Shown here piece after piece: positions 1 to 9,576 of a DNA stretch of 43,741 nt. Under the pieces are notes generated by a model. The model did no database searches. It saw only the letters and a list, made by a program, of their open reading frames with translations, and was not told the DNA's origin. The stretch lies in the sequence record NC_019724.1. The stretch is one strand, 5' to 3'. The stretch is from Escherichia phage HK578. The position numbers and the translations under genes are program-made. Position 1 is the stretch's first letter; each line of letters starts with the position of its first letter.

Positions 1-573
1 ATGCACAAAAGGGCTTATATCATGGCAGAAATCAAAGTTAAGGGCCGTCGCGCCAAACTGGACGGACGAGTGGCAGTCACCCCGCGCCGTAAACCAGGCG
101 AGCAAACCGAGCATACCAATCTCGGACCTGAAATCGAGTACGGAAAGCGCCGTAAAGGCGGCAAATGTGGACGCCCTACTGACTACCGATCCGTTTACTG
201 CGACCAGCTTCGCCGCTATTTTGCCGATGCCGACGCCTGGCAGGTCAACTACTCCGATAAAGGCGCTGCGCAAGTAATCCCCCGCAACAAAATGCCAACC
301 TTCGGTCGATTTGCCGCGGAAATCGGCGTGGGCGTAGCTTGCCTGTATCGCTGGGCGCGTGCGCATGAGGAGTTCGCCGAGGCGATGGCGGACGCTATGG
401 AGTTGCAGAAAACCTTCCTGATGGAAGCTGGCGGCGTAACCATCGCTGCGGGCTTCGCCACATTCCTGCTTAAAGCAAACCACGGCGTCCGCGACGATGT
501 GCCGCTGGATGATGACGAAGATGATAACGGCGACGTCGTTGTCGAACCTACCGGCAAAGGCCAGGGCGAATAA
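1..573 (+). CDS. terminase small subunit
   Basis: 190-aa ORF with HTH-like segment TFGRFAAEIGVGVACLYRWARAHEEF and acidic C-terminus; stop overlaps TerL start (TAATG). ORF begins at window edge; in-frame ATG at 22 has a better SD (AAAGGG) and may be the true start. Confidence 0.65.
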   Translation: MHKRAYIMAEIKVKGRRAKLDGRVAVTPRRKPGEQTEHTNLGPEIEYGKRRKGGKCGRPTDYRSVYCDQLRRYFADADAWQVNYSDKGAAQVIPRNKMPTFGRFAAEIGVGVACLYRWARAHEEFAEAMADAMELQKTFLMEAGGVTIAAGFATFLLKANHGVRDDVPLDDDEDDNGDVVVEPTGKGQGE

Positions 574-1958
574 TGCGTAACTATGCGGCGGAACACCGCG
601 CACTGGAACGCGCGATCGCAAAGCGCAACCGACCACCACGTCCGACACGCGTTGCGCAGGCGGTGCGTCTTTACCAGCCTGATTGCCTACCGCACCAGGT
701 CGAACTACTGCGCGACACAAAGACTAAAATACTTGGCCTGTGTTCCGGCTTCGGTGGTGGAAAGTCGTGGGTCGCTGCGCGTAAGGTCATCCAGCTTTTA
801 ACCCTGAACCCGGGTCATGATGGCATCGTTACAGAACCGACTATTCCCCTCCTGGTTAAAATCATGTATCCAGAATTGGAGAAGGCTTTCGACGAGGCTG
901 GCTTCCGGTGGAAGTTCAACAAGCAGGACAAGATCTATAGCGTTCTGGTGAAAGGCAAATGGACCCGCGTGATCTGTGAATCAATGGAGAACTATACCCG
1001 TCTGATCGGGGTCAACGCCGCGTGGATTGTTGCCGACGAGTTCGACACCACGAAGCAAGACGTCGCAATGGCGGCTTATCACAAATTGCTCGGTCGTCTG
1101 CGTGCGGGCGTGGTCCGTCAGTTTGTCATCGTATCCACGCCGGAAGGCTTCCAGGCAATGTATCAAATTTTCGAGGTGGAGAAGGATAGCCAGAAACGTT
1201 TGATCCGGGCGAAGACCACCGACAACCACCATTTACCGGCAGACTTTATCGACACGCTGCGCAGTCAGTACCCGGCTAACCTGATCGACGCGTACCTGAA
1301 CGGCCTATTTGTTAACCTTACGTCGGGCGCGGTGTACAAGATGTTTAATCGCGAGGAGAACGCCAGCACCGAAGAAGTACAACCGGAAGACACGCTGATT
1401 ATCGGTATGGACTTTAACGTCACGAAAATGGCGGCGGTCGTGTATGTAAGACGGCAGCGTACCACCGAGAACAAGGAGTTCCGCGACGAGATTCACGCCG
1501 TGGATGAATTCGTGGACCTGTTTGATACCCCGGCTATGATTGAAGCGATCGAGGAGCGCTACCCCGATCATTGCGCTGCCGGTAGGGTTGTAGTGTACCC
1601 TGATAGCAGCGGCAAATCCCGCAAGACGGTCAACGCGTCGTCGTCCGATATCGCACAACTGGAAGACGCGGGCTTCGAGGTGGAGTATGACAGCGTTAAC
1701 CCACCTGTGAAAGACCGATTGATCGCGATGAATACGATGATGTGCAACTCGAAGGGCGTGCGCCAGTATTTTGTCAACCTGGATAAATGCCCTACACTAG
1801 CGAAATGTCTGGAACAGCAGGTGTATGACCTGAAGAAAGGCGAGCCGGATAAAACTGCCGGTGTGGACCACATGAACGACGCCGCGGGCTATCCTGTTGC
1901 GCACTTATTCCCTGTGATTCGTCCGATCGCCGTTGTTCCAACTGTAGACTTCTACTAA
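573..1958 (+). CDS. terminase large subunit
   Basis: 461 aa; Walker A-like GLCSGFGGGKS, Walker B-like AAWIVADEFD, C-terminal nuclease acidic residues (IIGMDFN, VDHMNDAAG); follows TerS. Confidence 0.88.
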   Translation: MRNYAAEHRALERAIAKRNRPPRPTRVAQAVRLYQPDCLPHQVELLRDTKTKILGLCSGFGGGKSWVAARKVIQLLTLNPGHDGIVTEPTIPLLVKIMYPELEKAFDEAGFRWKFNKQDKIYSVLVKGKWTRVICESMENYTRLIGVNAAWIVADEFDTTKQDVAMAAYHKLLGRLRAGVVRQFVIVSTPEGFQAMYQIFEVEKDSQKRLIRAKTTDNHHLPADFIDTLRSQYPANLIDAYLNGLFVNLTSGAVYKMFNREENASTEEVQPEDTLIIGMDFNVTKMAAVVYVRRQRTTENKEFRDEIHAVDEFVDLFDTPAMIEAIEERYPDHCAAGRVVVYPDSSGKSRKTVNASSSDIAQLEDAGFEVEYDSVNPPVKDRLIAMNTMMCNSKGVRQYFVNLDKCPTLAKCLEQQVYDLKKGEPDKTAGVDHMNDAAGYPVAHLFPVIRPIAVVPTVDFY

Positions 1959-1969
1959 GGAAACCGACC

Positions 1970-3490
1970 ATGACCGTTAACGTTGACAACCAGCACCCGC
2001 TCTATGCGCGCATAGCGCCAGAGTGGAAAATGATCCGTGACTGCGTAGCAGGGGAGCGCGCCGTGAAGGCGTGCGGGCCATTGTACCTGCCACACCCCGC
2101 AAGCGGGGACACCACCGACCCGAAATCACGGGCACGCTATAAGGCATATAAGCAACGTGCTGTCTTCCTGAACGCCACCGCCCGCACACTGAATGCCCTG
2201 TTAGGCGTGGCCTTCGCCAAACCGGTGAGTCTGGACCTTTCCGGGGCAATGGCTGACCTGATTGATGACGTAGACGGCAGCGGGATGCCACTGGCGCAAC
2301 TACTGCGCGGCGCTATGTCGGAAGTGCTGCAATCGGGCCGCGCAGGCTTTATGGTGGACTATGACCGCCAGGCGCATTTTGACGAACTGGGTAACGTAGT
2401 GCCGCAGACCGCCGCTGAAATGGCGGCACACCGCCCGCTTATCCGCCTGTATACGGCTGAACAGATCATCAACTGGCGGCAGACACACGGCGTCGACACG
2501 CTAATCGTGCTGAAGGAGACGGACGAAATCAGCACCGAAGACCCGGACGACTTCGCAAACCACGAAGTTACGATCTGGACCGAGCTTCGCATGATTAACG
2601 GTGCGGCACACGCCCGCCGCTGGTTTTACAACGCGGACACGTCCGAGGTGCAAATGGACTTGCCGCGGGGATTCACCCGCACCGACCTTGTACCTCTGGT
2701 GGACGCTGCCGGTAACGCGCTTACGCAACTGCCTTTCTGTTGGTGTGGCGCGGTGGATAACAACGCGACACCGGACGCCGCACCGCTGGCGGATATTGCG
2801 TCCATCAACATTAAGCACTACAACGCCGAAGCAGACGTCGCCGAGATTGCGCACATCGTGGGGCAACCTACCCTCATTGCGACTGGTCTGACCCAATCAT
2901 GGGCGGACAAGAACCTGAAAGGCGGCATCGCGCTCGGGGCAACTAAGGGCGTTATCCTGGGCCAGAACATGGACGCTAAACTGCTTCAGGCGGAGGAGCG
3001 CAACTTGTCTGTTGCACTGTGTGAGCGCCGAGAATTGCAAATGGCTAAACTGGGGGCGGCCCTGGTCGAGAAGGGGACCGCACCCAAGACGGCAACCGAA
3101 GCGGCCTACGATGCGCAGACAGATAACAGTATCCTGTCACTGATTGCCGGTAACGTTGAGAAGGCTTTCAACCGTGCGCTGCAAATCGTTAAGCTGTTCA
3201 CCGGCGACACCGCCGACCAGCGCGTAACGCTGAACAAGTTCTACACTGAAATCACGGTTGATGCGCAGCTTATGACCGCGATGATGGCAGGTGTGCAGAC
3301 CGGTACTGTCCGACTTGCAGACTTTATCAAGTGGATGATGGCCCAGGGCGTTATTGATGACTCGCAAACCGTCGAGCAGGTGGAAGACGAACTGCGAAAT
3401 CAGAATCCATTGCCTCAAATGTCCCCGGATGCGGTAGAATCGACCGAAGAAGCCCCGGACGAGGTAGCGGACAATGGCGAAGACAATTAA
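1970..3490 (+). CDS. portal protein
   Basis: 506-aa ORF immediately after TerL with SD AAGGAAA; size, position and acidic C-terminus typical of portal. Confidence 0.75.
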   Translation: MTVNVDNQHPLYARIAPEWKMIRDCVAGERAVKACGPLYLPHPASGDTTDPKSRARYKAYKQRAVFLNATARTLNALLGVAFAKPVSLDLSGAMADLIDDVDGSGMPLAQLLRGAMSEVLQSGRAGFMVDYDRQAHFDELGNVVPQTAAEMAAHRPLIRLYTAEQIINWRQTHGVDTLIVLKETDEISTEDPDDFANHEVTIWTELRMINGAAHARRWFYNADTSEVQMDLPRGFTRTDLVPLVDAAGNALTQLPFCWCGAVDNNATPDAAPLADIASINIKHYNAEADVAEIAHIVGQPTLIATGLTQSWADKNLKGGIALGATKGVILGQNMDAKLLQAEERNLSVALCERRELQMAKLGAALVEKGTAPKTATEAAYDAQTDNSILSLIAGNVEKAFNRALQIVKLFTGDTADQRVTLNKFYTEITVDAQLMTAMMAGVQTGTVRLADFIKWMMAQGVIDDSQTVEQVEDELRNQNPLPQMSPDAVESTEEAPDEVADNGEDN

Positions 3491-4577
3491 TCAATATATG
3501 GCGGATCGAATGATTCGCCGTCACATCTTCACCCAGCGCCTGAGCAATGACCAGGCGCGAAGGGTGCTGTCCATGTGGGAGAAGTTCCGGCCTACATTAC
3601 TGGGGGAGCTGACCGAGTTGCTTGATGGCAAATCGTCAATGAATAACCGGGCACTTTCCACCCTGCTAACGCAAATCGACAAGACCGTAAAAACGGAACT
3701 GCGCACCGAGTTTAAGGCGTTGGCTGAAAGCCTTCAGGAGTTTGCAGACACCGAGGCCGATTATCTCGCCGACACATTGACGGCAGCGGTCCAGCCGGTG
3801 GTCGCCGTACCCGCGGTCGAGGTAGTTGGCGTAGTGACCGGTGCGCAGATCGCAGCGACTGCGATGAAAAACCCGTTCCTGGGAAATACCATGATGCAAT
3901 GGCCCGACTCACTTTCTGAGTGGACCAGGACGCAGATCGGTAATCAGGTGCGGGCGGGATTCATCCAGGGCAAGCCAACGATGGAAATTATCGCGGACGT
4001 GAGGCGCGCGCTAGGCGGTCGTAGTGCGCAAGCCATCTCAAGCGTTGTTAAGTCCGCAGTCAACCACTATGCGGCGACCGCCCGCGAACTAATGGTAAAA
4101 GCAAATGACGATATTCTCGAAGGTCGCCAATGGTTATCTACATTGGACACGCATACTTCTCCCATGTGCCAGCTACGCGATCGCCTGTTTTATCCGGTTG
4201 ATGTTACCCCCGACACCAAAGGAAAGCGCGGCGGGAAAGTGGTGGCTGGGTCACAATATGGCGCTGGTCCGGGCAAGCTGCATTATTGTTGCCGGTCTAC
4301 GGAGACGTGGAAGGTTAAAGGCATGGAAGATTGGCCCAGTGGTAAGCGTCCGGCACTGAAGGCTGACGCGGGTCGATTGCTGAGTGAGCAGGTCGACGCG
4401 CAGACCGATTTCTTCTCATGGGTGCAGCGCCAGCCGCGCCATATCCTGGAAGAATTATACGGAGTGCAACGCGCAGACCAGATTATGCGAGGCGTGAAAG
4501 TGCCGAAGATGTTCACTGATACCGGCGAACTAATGACTATTGCACAGCTTAAAAACCGGGGGTTATGGCGTGATTAA
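3474..4577 (+). CDS. head morphogenesis / minor capsid protein
   Basis: 367 aa, overlaps portal 3' end; position after portal as in Mu F / SPP1 gp7-like genes; family assignment from position only. Confidence 0.55.
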   Translation: MAKTINQYMADRMIRRHIFTQRLSNDQARRVLSMWEKFRPTLLGELTELLDGKSSMNNRALSTLLTQIDKTVKTELRTEFKALAESLQEFADTEADYLADTLTAAVQPVVAVPAVEVVGVVTGAQIAATAMKNPFLGNTMMQWPDSLSEWTRTQIGNQVRAGFIQGKPTMEIIADVRRALGGRSAQAISSVVKSAVNHYAATARELMVKANDDILEGRQWLSTLDTHTSPMCQLRDRLFYPVDVTPDTKGKRGGKVVAGSQYGAGPGKLHYCCRSTETWKVKGMEDWPSGKRPALKADAGRLLSEQVDAQTDFFSWVQRQPRHILEELYGVQRADQIMRGVKVPKMFTDTGELMTIAQLKNRGLWRD

Positions 4578-4899
4578 ATATGCAGCTATTGGACTGATTA
4601 TCGGTCTGGTGGTAGGATTCTGGCTAGGTGACTCCTATCGCACTGGCGTAGTGGCGGAGGCGGCGCAAGAAGCGCAAGCCCAAGCCCAACGGCAGCAAAC
4701 TAAAGTTGTTGAGCGCTCCGTGCAGGCCGAACAGGCACGCGACGTGGAATACCGGACTATCACGAAAGAGGTTGTTAAATATGTTACGCGCCCTAACCGC
4801 CCTGATTGTAGTTTTGATGCTGAGCGCGTGCGGATCAAGCAACGTGCCGTTGATGCCGCTAACGGAGTCGGCACTGCGACCGCCGTGCAAGTTCGATAA
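4570..4899 (+). CDS. putative i-spanin (Rz-like)
   Basis: GTG start after GGGGG SD; N-terminal TM helix IKYAAIGLIIGLVVGFWLG followed by charged helical periplasmic domain (AEAAQEAQAQAQRQQ...); overlapped by +1-frame lipoprotein ORF. Longer TTG-start version begins at 4540. Confidence 0.5.
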   Translation: MIKYAAIGLIIGLVVGFWLGDSYRTGVVAEAAQEAQAQAQRQQTKVVERSVQAEQARDVEYRTITKEVVKYVTRPNRPDCSFDAERVRIKQRAVDAANGVGTATAVQVR

Positions 4900-5011
4900 C
4901 CCGTCTGCGGACCCCGACGAAGATTTGATGATTGACGTGAAAAATATGGAATGCGGGGCTAAGCTAAGGGCGCAGGTGCTGGAGTTGCAGCAAATAATTA
5001 AGGGGCCGTAA
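4781..5011 (+). CDS. putative o-spanin (Rz1-like lipoprotein)
   Basis: ATG 4781 with SD AAGAGG; signal peptide MLRALTALIVVLMLSAC with lipobox LSAC; mature part short, Pro-rich, with Cys; in +1 frame overlapping 3' end of 4570..4899. Confidence 0.55.
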   Translation: MLRALTALIVVLMLSACGSSNVPLMPLTESALRPPCKFDNPSADPDEDLMIDVKNMECGAKLRAQVLELQQIIKGP

Positions 5012-5022
5012 TGGCCCCTTTT
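5002..5022 (+). terminator. intrinsic terminator after spanin genes
   Basis: GGGGCC-gtaat-GGCCCC followed by TTTT; stop codon of o-spanin lies in the loop; second hairpin GGGGC-tttc-GCCCC at ~5053-5066. Confidence 0.6.
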
Positions 5023-5077
5023 CGTCAGTCTCATTTTTGTGTCCTCGTTGTTGGGGCTTTCGCCCCGTTTGGTTTAG

Positions 5078-5485
5078 TTAAAGTGCTTCAAGAATCTCGT
5101 AAAACTTATTCGCCAGCGCCTGGCGACGTTCGAATTTCTCAGTGATAACCAATTCAGGGCGGTTAAATCTCTTTGCGTGTATGTTCCAATTGTGGATTTC
5201 CGTCTCCATTATTTTCTTACGGTTATAGTCGGTGTTTTTGATGCTAAATTCCTTGATTGCGTTGTTAAGAAAATCAGTCATATACTCAATGTCGGATATC
5301 GTAACTTCGAACGTGCGGGCTTCGATTACGCTATTGGTGCGAAGTACGACGACGCCGCCGTGGTAGGTGTCGACTACCATATACTTGTAAGTCACCCCGT
5401 CCCACTCCGGATCGAAAGGGCGACCAAATACGTCGTCGGCTTTCCAGACTTTCAGGTACGGTGTTTCTTTGATTAATGTTGGCAT
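5078..5485 (-). CDS. hypothetical protein (moron)
   Basis: 135-aa ORF from ATG 5485 (MPTLIKETPYLK...) with SD GAAGGAAAA; opposite strand to flanking head genes; appears AT-richer than neighbours by eye. Confidence 0.6.
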   Translation of the reverse strand: MPTLIKETPYLKVWKADDVFGRPFDPEWDGVTYKYMVVDTYHGGVVVLRTNSVIEARTFEVTISDIEYMTDFLNNAIKEFSIKNTDYNRKKIMETEIHNWNIHAKRFNRPELVITEKFERRQALANKFYEILEAL

Positions 5486-5520
5486 CTTGTTTTCCTTCAT
5501 ATCTCTGTTGGTGTGCAACC

Positions 5521-5550
5521 AATATACTGCAACCAATATCCGCAATGCAA
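5521..5550 (-). promoter_or_regulatory. sigma70-like promoter for 5078..5485
   Basis: minus strand TTGCAT-18 nt-TATATT; spacer and -10 overlap two TGCAACCAAT copies (5514-5523, 5528-5537). Confidence 0.4.
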
Positions 5551-5639
5551 GCGAATTTTGCGATTATTTTTATCGCTGATAATATTAAGGCGTGAAGTCA
5601 AGCGGGTGGCCCGCTTTGCCACAATCCCAGGGGGATAGC

Positions 5640-6344
5640 ATGAAACTTACTAAAGCAGAATATGACGCGTTGCCGGAAGGTATGAAGGCGCTTTTTGTTG
5701 CCGATGGTGACGGGTATAAATCAACGTTCATGACCGCCGAAGAAGTACAGGCGGAGATCAAGGGTCTGAAAGACAACAACGCGAAGCTGGTTAGCGAGAA
5801 GAAAGCAGAAGCCGAACGTCGCGCCGAAGCCGAGCGCCTTGCGAAAGAGAAAGAGGAAGCCGCCGCGCGCAAAAATGGCGACCTCGAAGCGATCGATAAG
5901 TCCTGGAAAGATAAGTTCGCAAAACATGAAGCGGACACATCGGGGAAAATCGAAGCCTACCGCAAGCAGATCCACGATCTCACCATCGGCAGCGCTGCCA
6001 AAGACCTGGCGTCGAAGCTGTTCGGTAAGAATGCGGGCATCATGCAACGCCACGTAATGGACCGCCTGACGCTGGAAGACGGCGAAGACGGCAGCTTGAA
6101 AGTGCGTGTCTTGCAGGATGGCAAACCGTCCGCGCTGACTATGGAAGAGCTTGAAAAAGAGTTCCGTAATAACGCCGATTTTGCATCCGTCCTGGCTGGC
6201 ACGCCAGCCGGTGGCGCTCCTAGCAAACCGACGCAGGTTGTCGAAGATGTGAAGTCGAAAATCACTATGGGCCATAGCTTCGGCATCACTGACCTTACGA
6301 AACAGGCAGGTGATATCATCGCTAAGATGGGCGACGACGAGTAA
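5640..6344 (+). CDS. scaffolding protein
   Basis: ATG 5640 with SD AGGGGGA; acidic, Ala/Glu/Lys-rich coiled-coil-like sequence (AEERRAEAERLAKEKEEAAARK) immediately upstream of major capsid gene. Confidence 0.6.
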   Translation: MKLTKAEYDALPEGMKALFVADGDGYKSTFMTAEEVQAEIKGLKDNNAKLVSEKKAEAERRAEAERLAKEKEEAAARKNGDLEAIDKSWKDKFAKHEADTSGKIEAYRKQIHDLTIGSAAKDLASKLFGKNAGIMQRHVMDRLTLEDGEDGSLKVRVLQDGKPSALTMEELEKEFRNNADFASVLAGTPAGGAPSKPTQVVEDVKSKITMGHSFGITDLTKQAGDIIAKMGDDE

Positions 6345-6348
6345 GCAG

Positions 6349-6373
6349 ATTGCCCGCGAAAGCGGGCAATTTT
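6349..6373 (+). terminator. intrinsic terminator / attenuator
   Basis: ATTGCCCGC-gaaa-GCGGGCAAT followed by TTTT, between scaffold and capsid genes. Confidence 0.6.
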
Positions 6374-6441
6374 GCGAGCGCGTAAATCTAAGGTAACATT
6401 AACGTCACTGGGCGAATGCTCACAACTCAAAGGATTTCGAT

Positions 6442-7542
6442 ATGTCTTTAACAGTGTTCCAGCGTAAACTCGTTACCGCGGTTACGCAAATGATCCCCGA
6501 CAACCTGAACGTTTTCAACGCCGCCGCCAATGGCGCTGTTGTTCTCGGTACTGGTGAAGTGCTGAAGGATGTTGTAGAGAAAATGTCCGTAGGCTTGATC
6601 GCCAACCTTGTTACCGACCGTAACGCCTACGCCCCTGTCGGTACTCCGGCAACCGCTAAAGTGCTGGCGCGTATGCTGACCAACTCGGTTAACCTGTCCG
6701 CGAAAGTGGGTCCGGTGGCAATCACTAAGGCTATGATGGCTAAAATCGAAACCAACGTTAACAGCGTTGCGGCTGAGATTGCGGCACAGGCTACTCAAGC
6801 GATTTTGCTGCACTACCTAAAAGCGGGTATCGGTGCAGGTAAAGCGGCGATCGAAAGCAACGCAGCGGCAAAATACACCCAACCGGCGCGCGTTGACGGC
6901 GTTGGCGGTCGTACCTTCCCTACCCTGGCAGACTTCCCGCTGGCTGCTTCTAAGTTCGGCGATCAGGCGTCTTTGATTAAGTCATGGTTTATGGACGGCG
7001 TTACCTGGGCAAACTTCATTGCGTACCAGGCACTCCCTTCCGCTGAACAGGTATTCGCAATTGGCGATCTCCAGGTAATGGGTGATGGTCTGGGCCGTCG
7101 CTTCATTATCTCCGATGCCGCTGCCGATGCTATGGGCGCAGGCAACATGCTGGGCCTGGTCCCTGGCGCGGTTGCAGTTACCACCAACGGCCTCGATATG
7201 CTGGCGCAGGAGAAAGGCGGTAACGAGAACATTGAGCGCTGGTGGCAGGGCGAGTTCGACTTCAACGTGGCTGTTAAGGGATATCGTCTGAAGGCGTCCG
7301 CTCGTACTCCGATCGAAGGCGTTCGCTCGTTCAAACTGGACGACATCACCACTTCCGCTAACTGGGAACTGGACCAGGGCCAGGTAGACAACGCACCGGC
7401 AACCGTGCAGGATGTTGGCGCCGTTGGTGATGGCGATACTAAAGGCCGTCGTAAGACCCAGGCCGCACAGGCAGTGCCTACTCGTCACATCAAGGAAACG
7501 GCGGGCGTACTGGTTACGCTGACTGCGACCACAGCGTCCTAA
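6442..7542 (+). CDS. major capsid protein
   Basis: 366 aa, SD AAAGGA, follows scaffold gene and is followed by a strong terminator; assignment by position and size. Confidence 0.65.
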   Translation: MSLTVFQRKLVTAVTQMIPDNLNVFNAAANGAVVLGTGEVLKDVVEKMSVGLIANLVTDRNAYAPVGTPATAKVLARMLTNSVNLSAKVGPVAITKAMMAKIETNVNSVAAEIAAQATQAILLHYLKAGIGAGKAAIESNAAAKYTQPARVDGVGGRTFPTLADFPLAASKFGDQASLIKSWFMDGVTWANFIAYQALPSAEQVFAIGDLQVMGDGLGRRFIISDAAADAMGAGNMLGLVPGAVAVTTNGLDMLAQEKGGNENIERWWQGEFDFNVAVKGYRLKASARTPIEGVRSFKLDDITTSANWELDQGQVDNAPATVQDVGAVGDGDTKGRRKTQAAQAVPTRHIKETAGVLVTLTATTAS

Positions 7543-7557
7543 CAGGCGCACATCCCA

Positions 7558-7586
7558 AAGGGGCGGGCTTATGCCCGCCTTTTTTA
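7558..7586 (+). terminator. intrinsic terminator after capsid gene
   Basis: GGGCGGGC-ttat-GCCCGCC followed by TTTTTT. Confidence 0.7.
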
Positions 7587-7600
7587 TAGGAGTGAATGAA

Positions 7601-8101
7601 ATGTATGGCGACCCACAAACCTTTATTGATTATGCCGCCGCGCGGGGCGTTGAAGTCACGCTGAGCGATGCAACGCGACACCTCACCGTCGTTAATGACT
7701 TCCTGAACGGCATCAACTGGATCGGCGAACCCGCAGACCAGACAGGCCTCGACGCATGGCCCCGCATAAATTACCCATCGGATGGTAAGCCGGTGCGCGA
7801 CACGCTCACTGAAGTTGTGTCGGTAGTTCCTGCGTGGCAGATCGTAGACTTTGCGTCAATCCCCGTTGCCGTTGAACAAGCTGTTTACAGGCTGGCGCTG
7901 TTGGTGGCAGACGAGATCGATATTTCTCCTGTTGGCAGTGGTAAGGAGACTATCCGCGAAACTGTTGGCCCAATCACGATGGAATATGACCCTGCGACGA
8001 TTGGTAGCGGTGTCTCGTTCCCGTGGTGGGATGGCTTGCTGGGCCACTGGATTGACTCCGACGGCAACGCAGCTGGTAATTTTGACGTATTCCGGGGGTG
8101 A
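7601..8101 (+). CDS. hypothetical structural protein (possible head-tail connector)
   Basis: ATG 7601 (MYGDPQTF...) preceded by SD AGGAG; track ORF start at 7571 lies inside the terminator stem and is rejected. Confidence 0.5.
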   Translation: MYGDPQTFIDYAAARGVEVTLSDATRHLTVVNDFLNGINWIGEPADQTGLDAWPRINYPSDGKPVRDTLTEVVSVVPAWQIVDFASIPVAVEQAVYRLALLVADEIDISPVGSGKETIRETVGPITMEYDPATIGSGVSFPWWDGLLGHWIDSDGNAAGNFDVFRG

Positions 8102-8102
8102 T

Positions 8103-8219
8103 ATGAATCCAGCATTACAGGCGGCTATTATCGCCGCAAATACTAAACGCCAACCAGAACCGGAACCAGCGCCAGAACCGGAACCACCGGTACAGGAGGA
8201 TGATAATGGCGGGCTTTAA
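8103..8219 (+). CDS. small Pro/Glu-rich hypothetical protein
   Basis: 38-codon ORF (MNPALQAAIIAANTKRQPEPEPAPEPEPP...) starting in TGATATG overlap with upstream stop; weak evidence. Confidence 0.25.
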   Translation: MNPALQAAIIAANTKRQPEPEPAPEPEPPVQEDDNGGL

Positions 8220-8559
8220 TTACGCGGGGTTAAAGCGGAAAGTCAATCCGCTGATTAAAAAGTTCGGAATGACGGCTACGGTGACGCGTCCCGGTACAGT
8301 CGACCGCGTAGACGGCGACGAAGTGGTCATCCCAGCGACCTCGTTTGATGTTATAGGGCTTCGCGAGGAGTACAAGCCGAGCGAGATCGACGGGACGCGT
8401 ATCGTTGCCGGGGATGTGAAGTTTTTGTGCCAGGCCGTCAAGCAGGTGAGAGTAGGGGATTTGGTTAGCCTGAACAATACAGACTACCGGGTTATCAATC
8501 CCAACCCCCTGCAACCGGCGGGCCAGACCATGCTGTTTCAATTACAGCTAAGGGGATAA
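8206..8559 (+). CDS. hypothetical head-tail joining protein
   Basis: ATG 8206 (MAGFNYAGLK...) with SD AGGAGG; position in neck region. Confidence 0.5.
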   Translation: MAGFNYAGLKRKVNPLIKKFGMTATVTRPGTVDRVDGDEVVIPATSFDVIGLREEYKPSEIDGTRIVAGDVKFLCQAVKQVRVGDLVSLNNTDYRVINPNPLQPAGQTMLFQLQLRG

Positions 8560-8560
8560 C

Positions 8561-9154
8561 GTGGCTGAGGTCTACTCATTCGCCGCCACTATTGCAACAT
8601 GGGTGGATAAGACGAAGGAGAACAACGACAAGGCGGTGCGGGCGTACGGTATGCAAATACTAGGACGCCTGATCGAGATCTCCCCAGTGGGCGACCCTCG
8701 CCGGTGGAAAATTAACCGGGCTTACGCGCTTGCCCGCCAGCACGCGAACAAGGTGAACGCCGCACAGCGTCGCAAGAATGGTGGCAAACTGAAGCGCGGG
8801 CAGAAGAAGCACGCCAGCGTGCTGGTATCATTCAAGACTAAAAACGGCAACGTCACGTTCCGCCAGCGTGGCTGGGCCGCGAAGAATTACACCGGCGGAC
8901 GCTTCCGGGGAAACTGGCAGGTTACGTTCGACCGTCCGGCTGTCGGCGCTATCGACCGCGTGGACAAGGCCGGAACGGCAACACTAGCCGCAGGGCGTGA
9001 AGTGCTGGCGCATTATGATTCCAGTGAATACGGGTCGATCTGGTTTACTAACAACGTGCCATACGCGCAGCGACTTGAGTATGGCTGGAGTAAACAAGCG
9101 CCCGCGGGGATTGTTCGCGTCGTAGCGGCAGAAATTAATTCGAAGGTGAAATAA
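8561..9154 (+). CDS. putative head-tail adaptor / neck protein
   Basis: 197 aa, GTG start with SD AAGGGGA; position between head and tail genes. Confidence 0.5.
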   Translation: MAEVYSFAATIATWVDKTKENNDKAVRAYGMQILGRLIEISPVGDPRRWKINRAYALARQHANKVNAAQRRKNGGKLKRGQKKHASVLVSFKTKNGNVTFRQRGWAAKNYTGGRFRGNWQVTFDRPAVGAIDRVDKAGTATLAAGREVLAHYDSSEYGSIWFTNNVPYAQRLEYGWSKQAPAGIVRVVAAEINSKVK

Positions 9155-9576
9155 TGAGCAATACTCTAATCCGCAAGGCGCTTAACCGCGTGGTGGAAGA
9201 TTTATCGGTAAGCCTGAGCACCAGCCAGCGACCGATCCTTGTTAACTGGGAGAACGTGAGCGGCGACCACGCAAACGGCAGCGGTGTCTACCTGGAGCCG
9301 TACCTGCTACCGGCCCCGACCCAGTTTGTTGGCTTCCAGCAGAAGGGCCGGATCTACGCTGGCGTTTATCAGGTTGCCGTAGTGTTTCCCGCTGGCACTG
9401 GCACACAGTATGCGAGCGAACTGGCGGACGCCATCGCGTCGTCGGATAAATGGCAGGGGGTAAAGATTTCCGGTGCTGCCTTCCAGCTTCAGGACGCGCC
9501 ATACACCAGTTCGGTGGTCGAGGACGTTGATCGCGCCCGCATCGTGGTTACAGTCCCCTACACCTGTTGCGCCTGA
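9154..9576 (+). CDS. putative tail completion / terminator protein
   Basis: 140 aa, TAATG overlap with upstream gene, directly upstream of major tail protein. Confidence 0.5.
   Translation: MSNTLIRKALNRVVEDLSVSLSTSQRPILVNWENVSGDHANGSGVYLEPYLLPAPTQFVGFQQKGRIYAGVYQVAVVFPAGTGTQYASELADAIASSDKWQGVKISGAAFQLQDAPYTSSVVEDVDRARIVVTVPYTCCA

Noticed and set aside
7571-7600. Upstream start at 7571 for the 7601..8101 gene
   Set aside because: This ATG lies inside the terminator stem (ATGCCCGCC); ATG 7601 has a proper SD (AGGAG).
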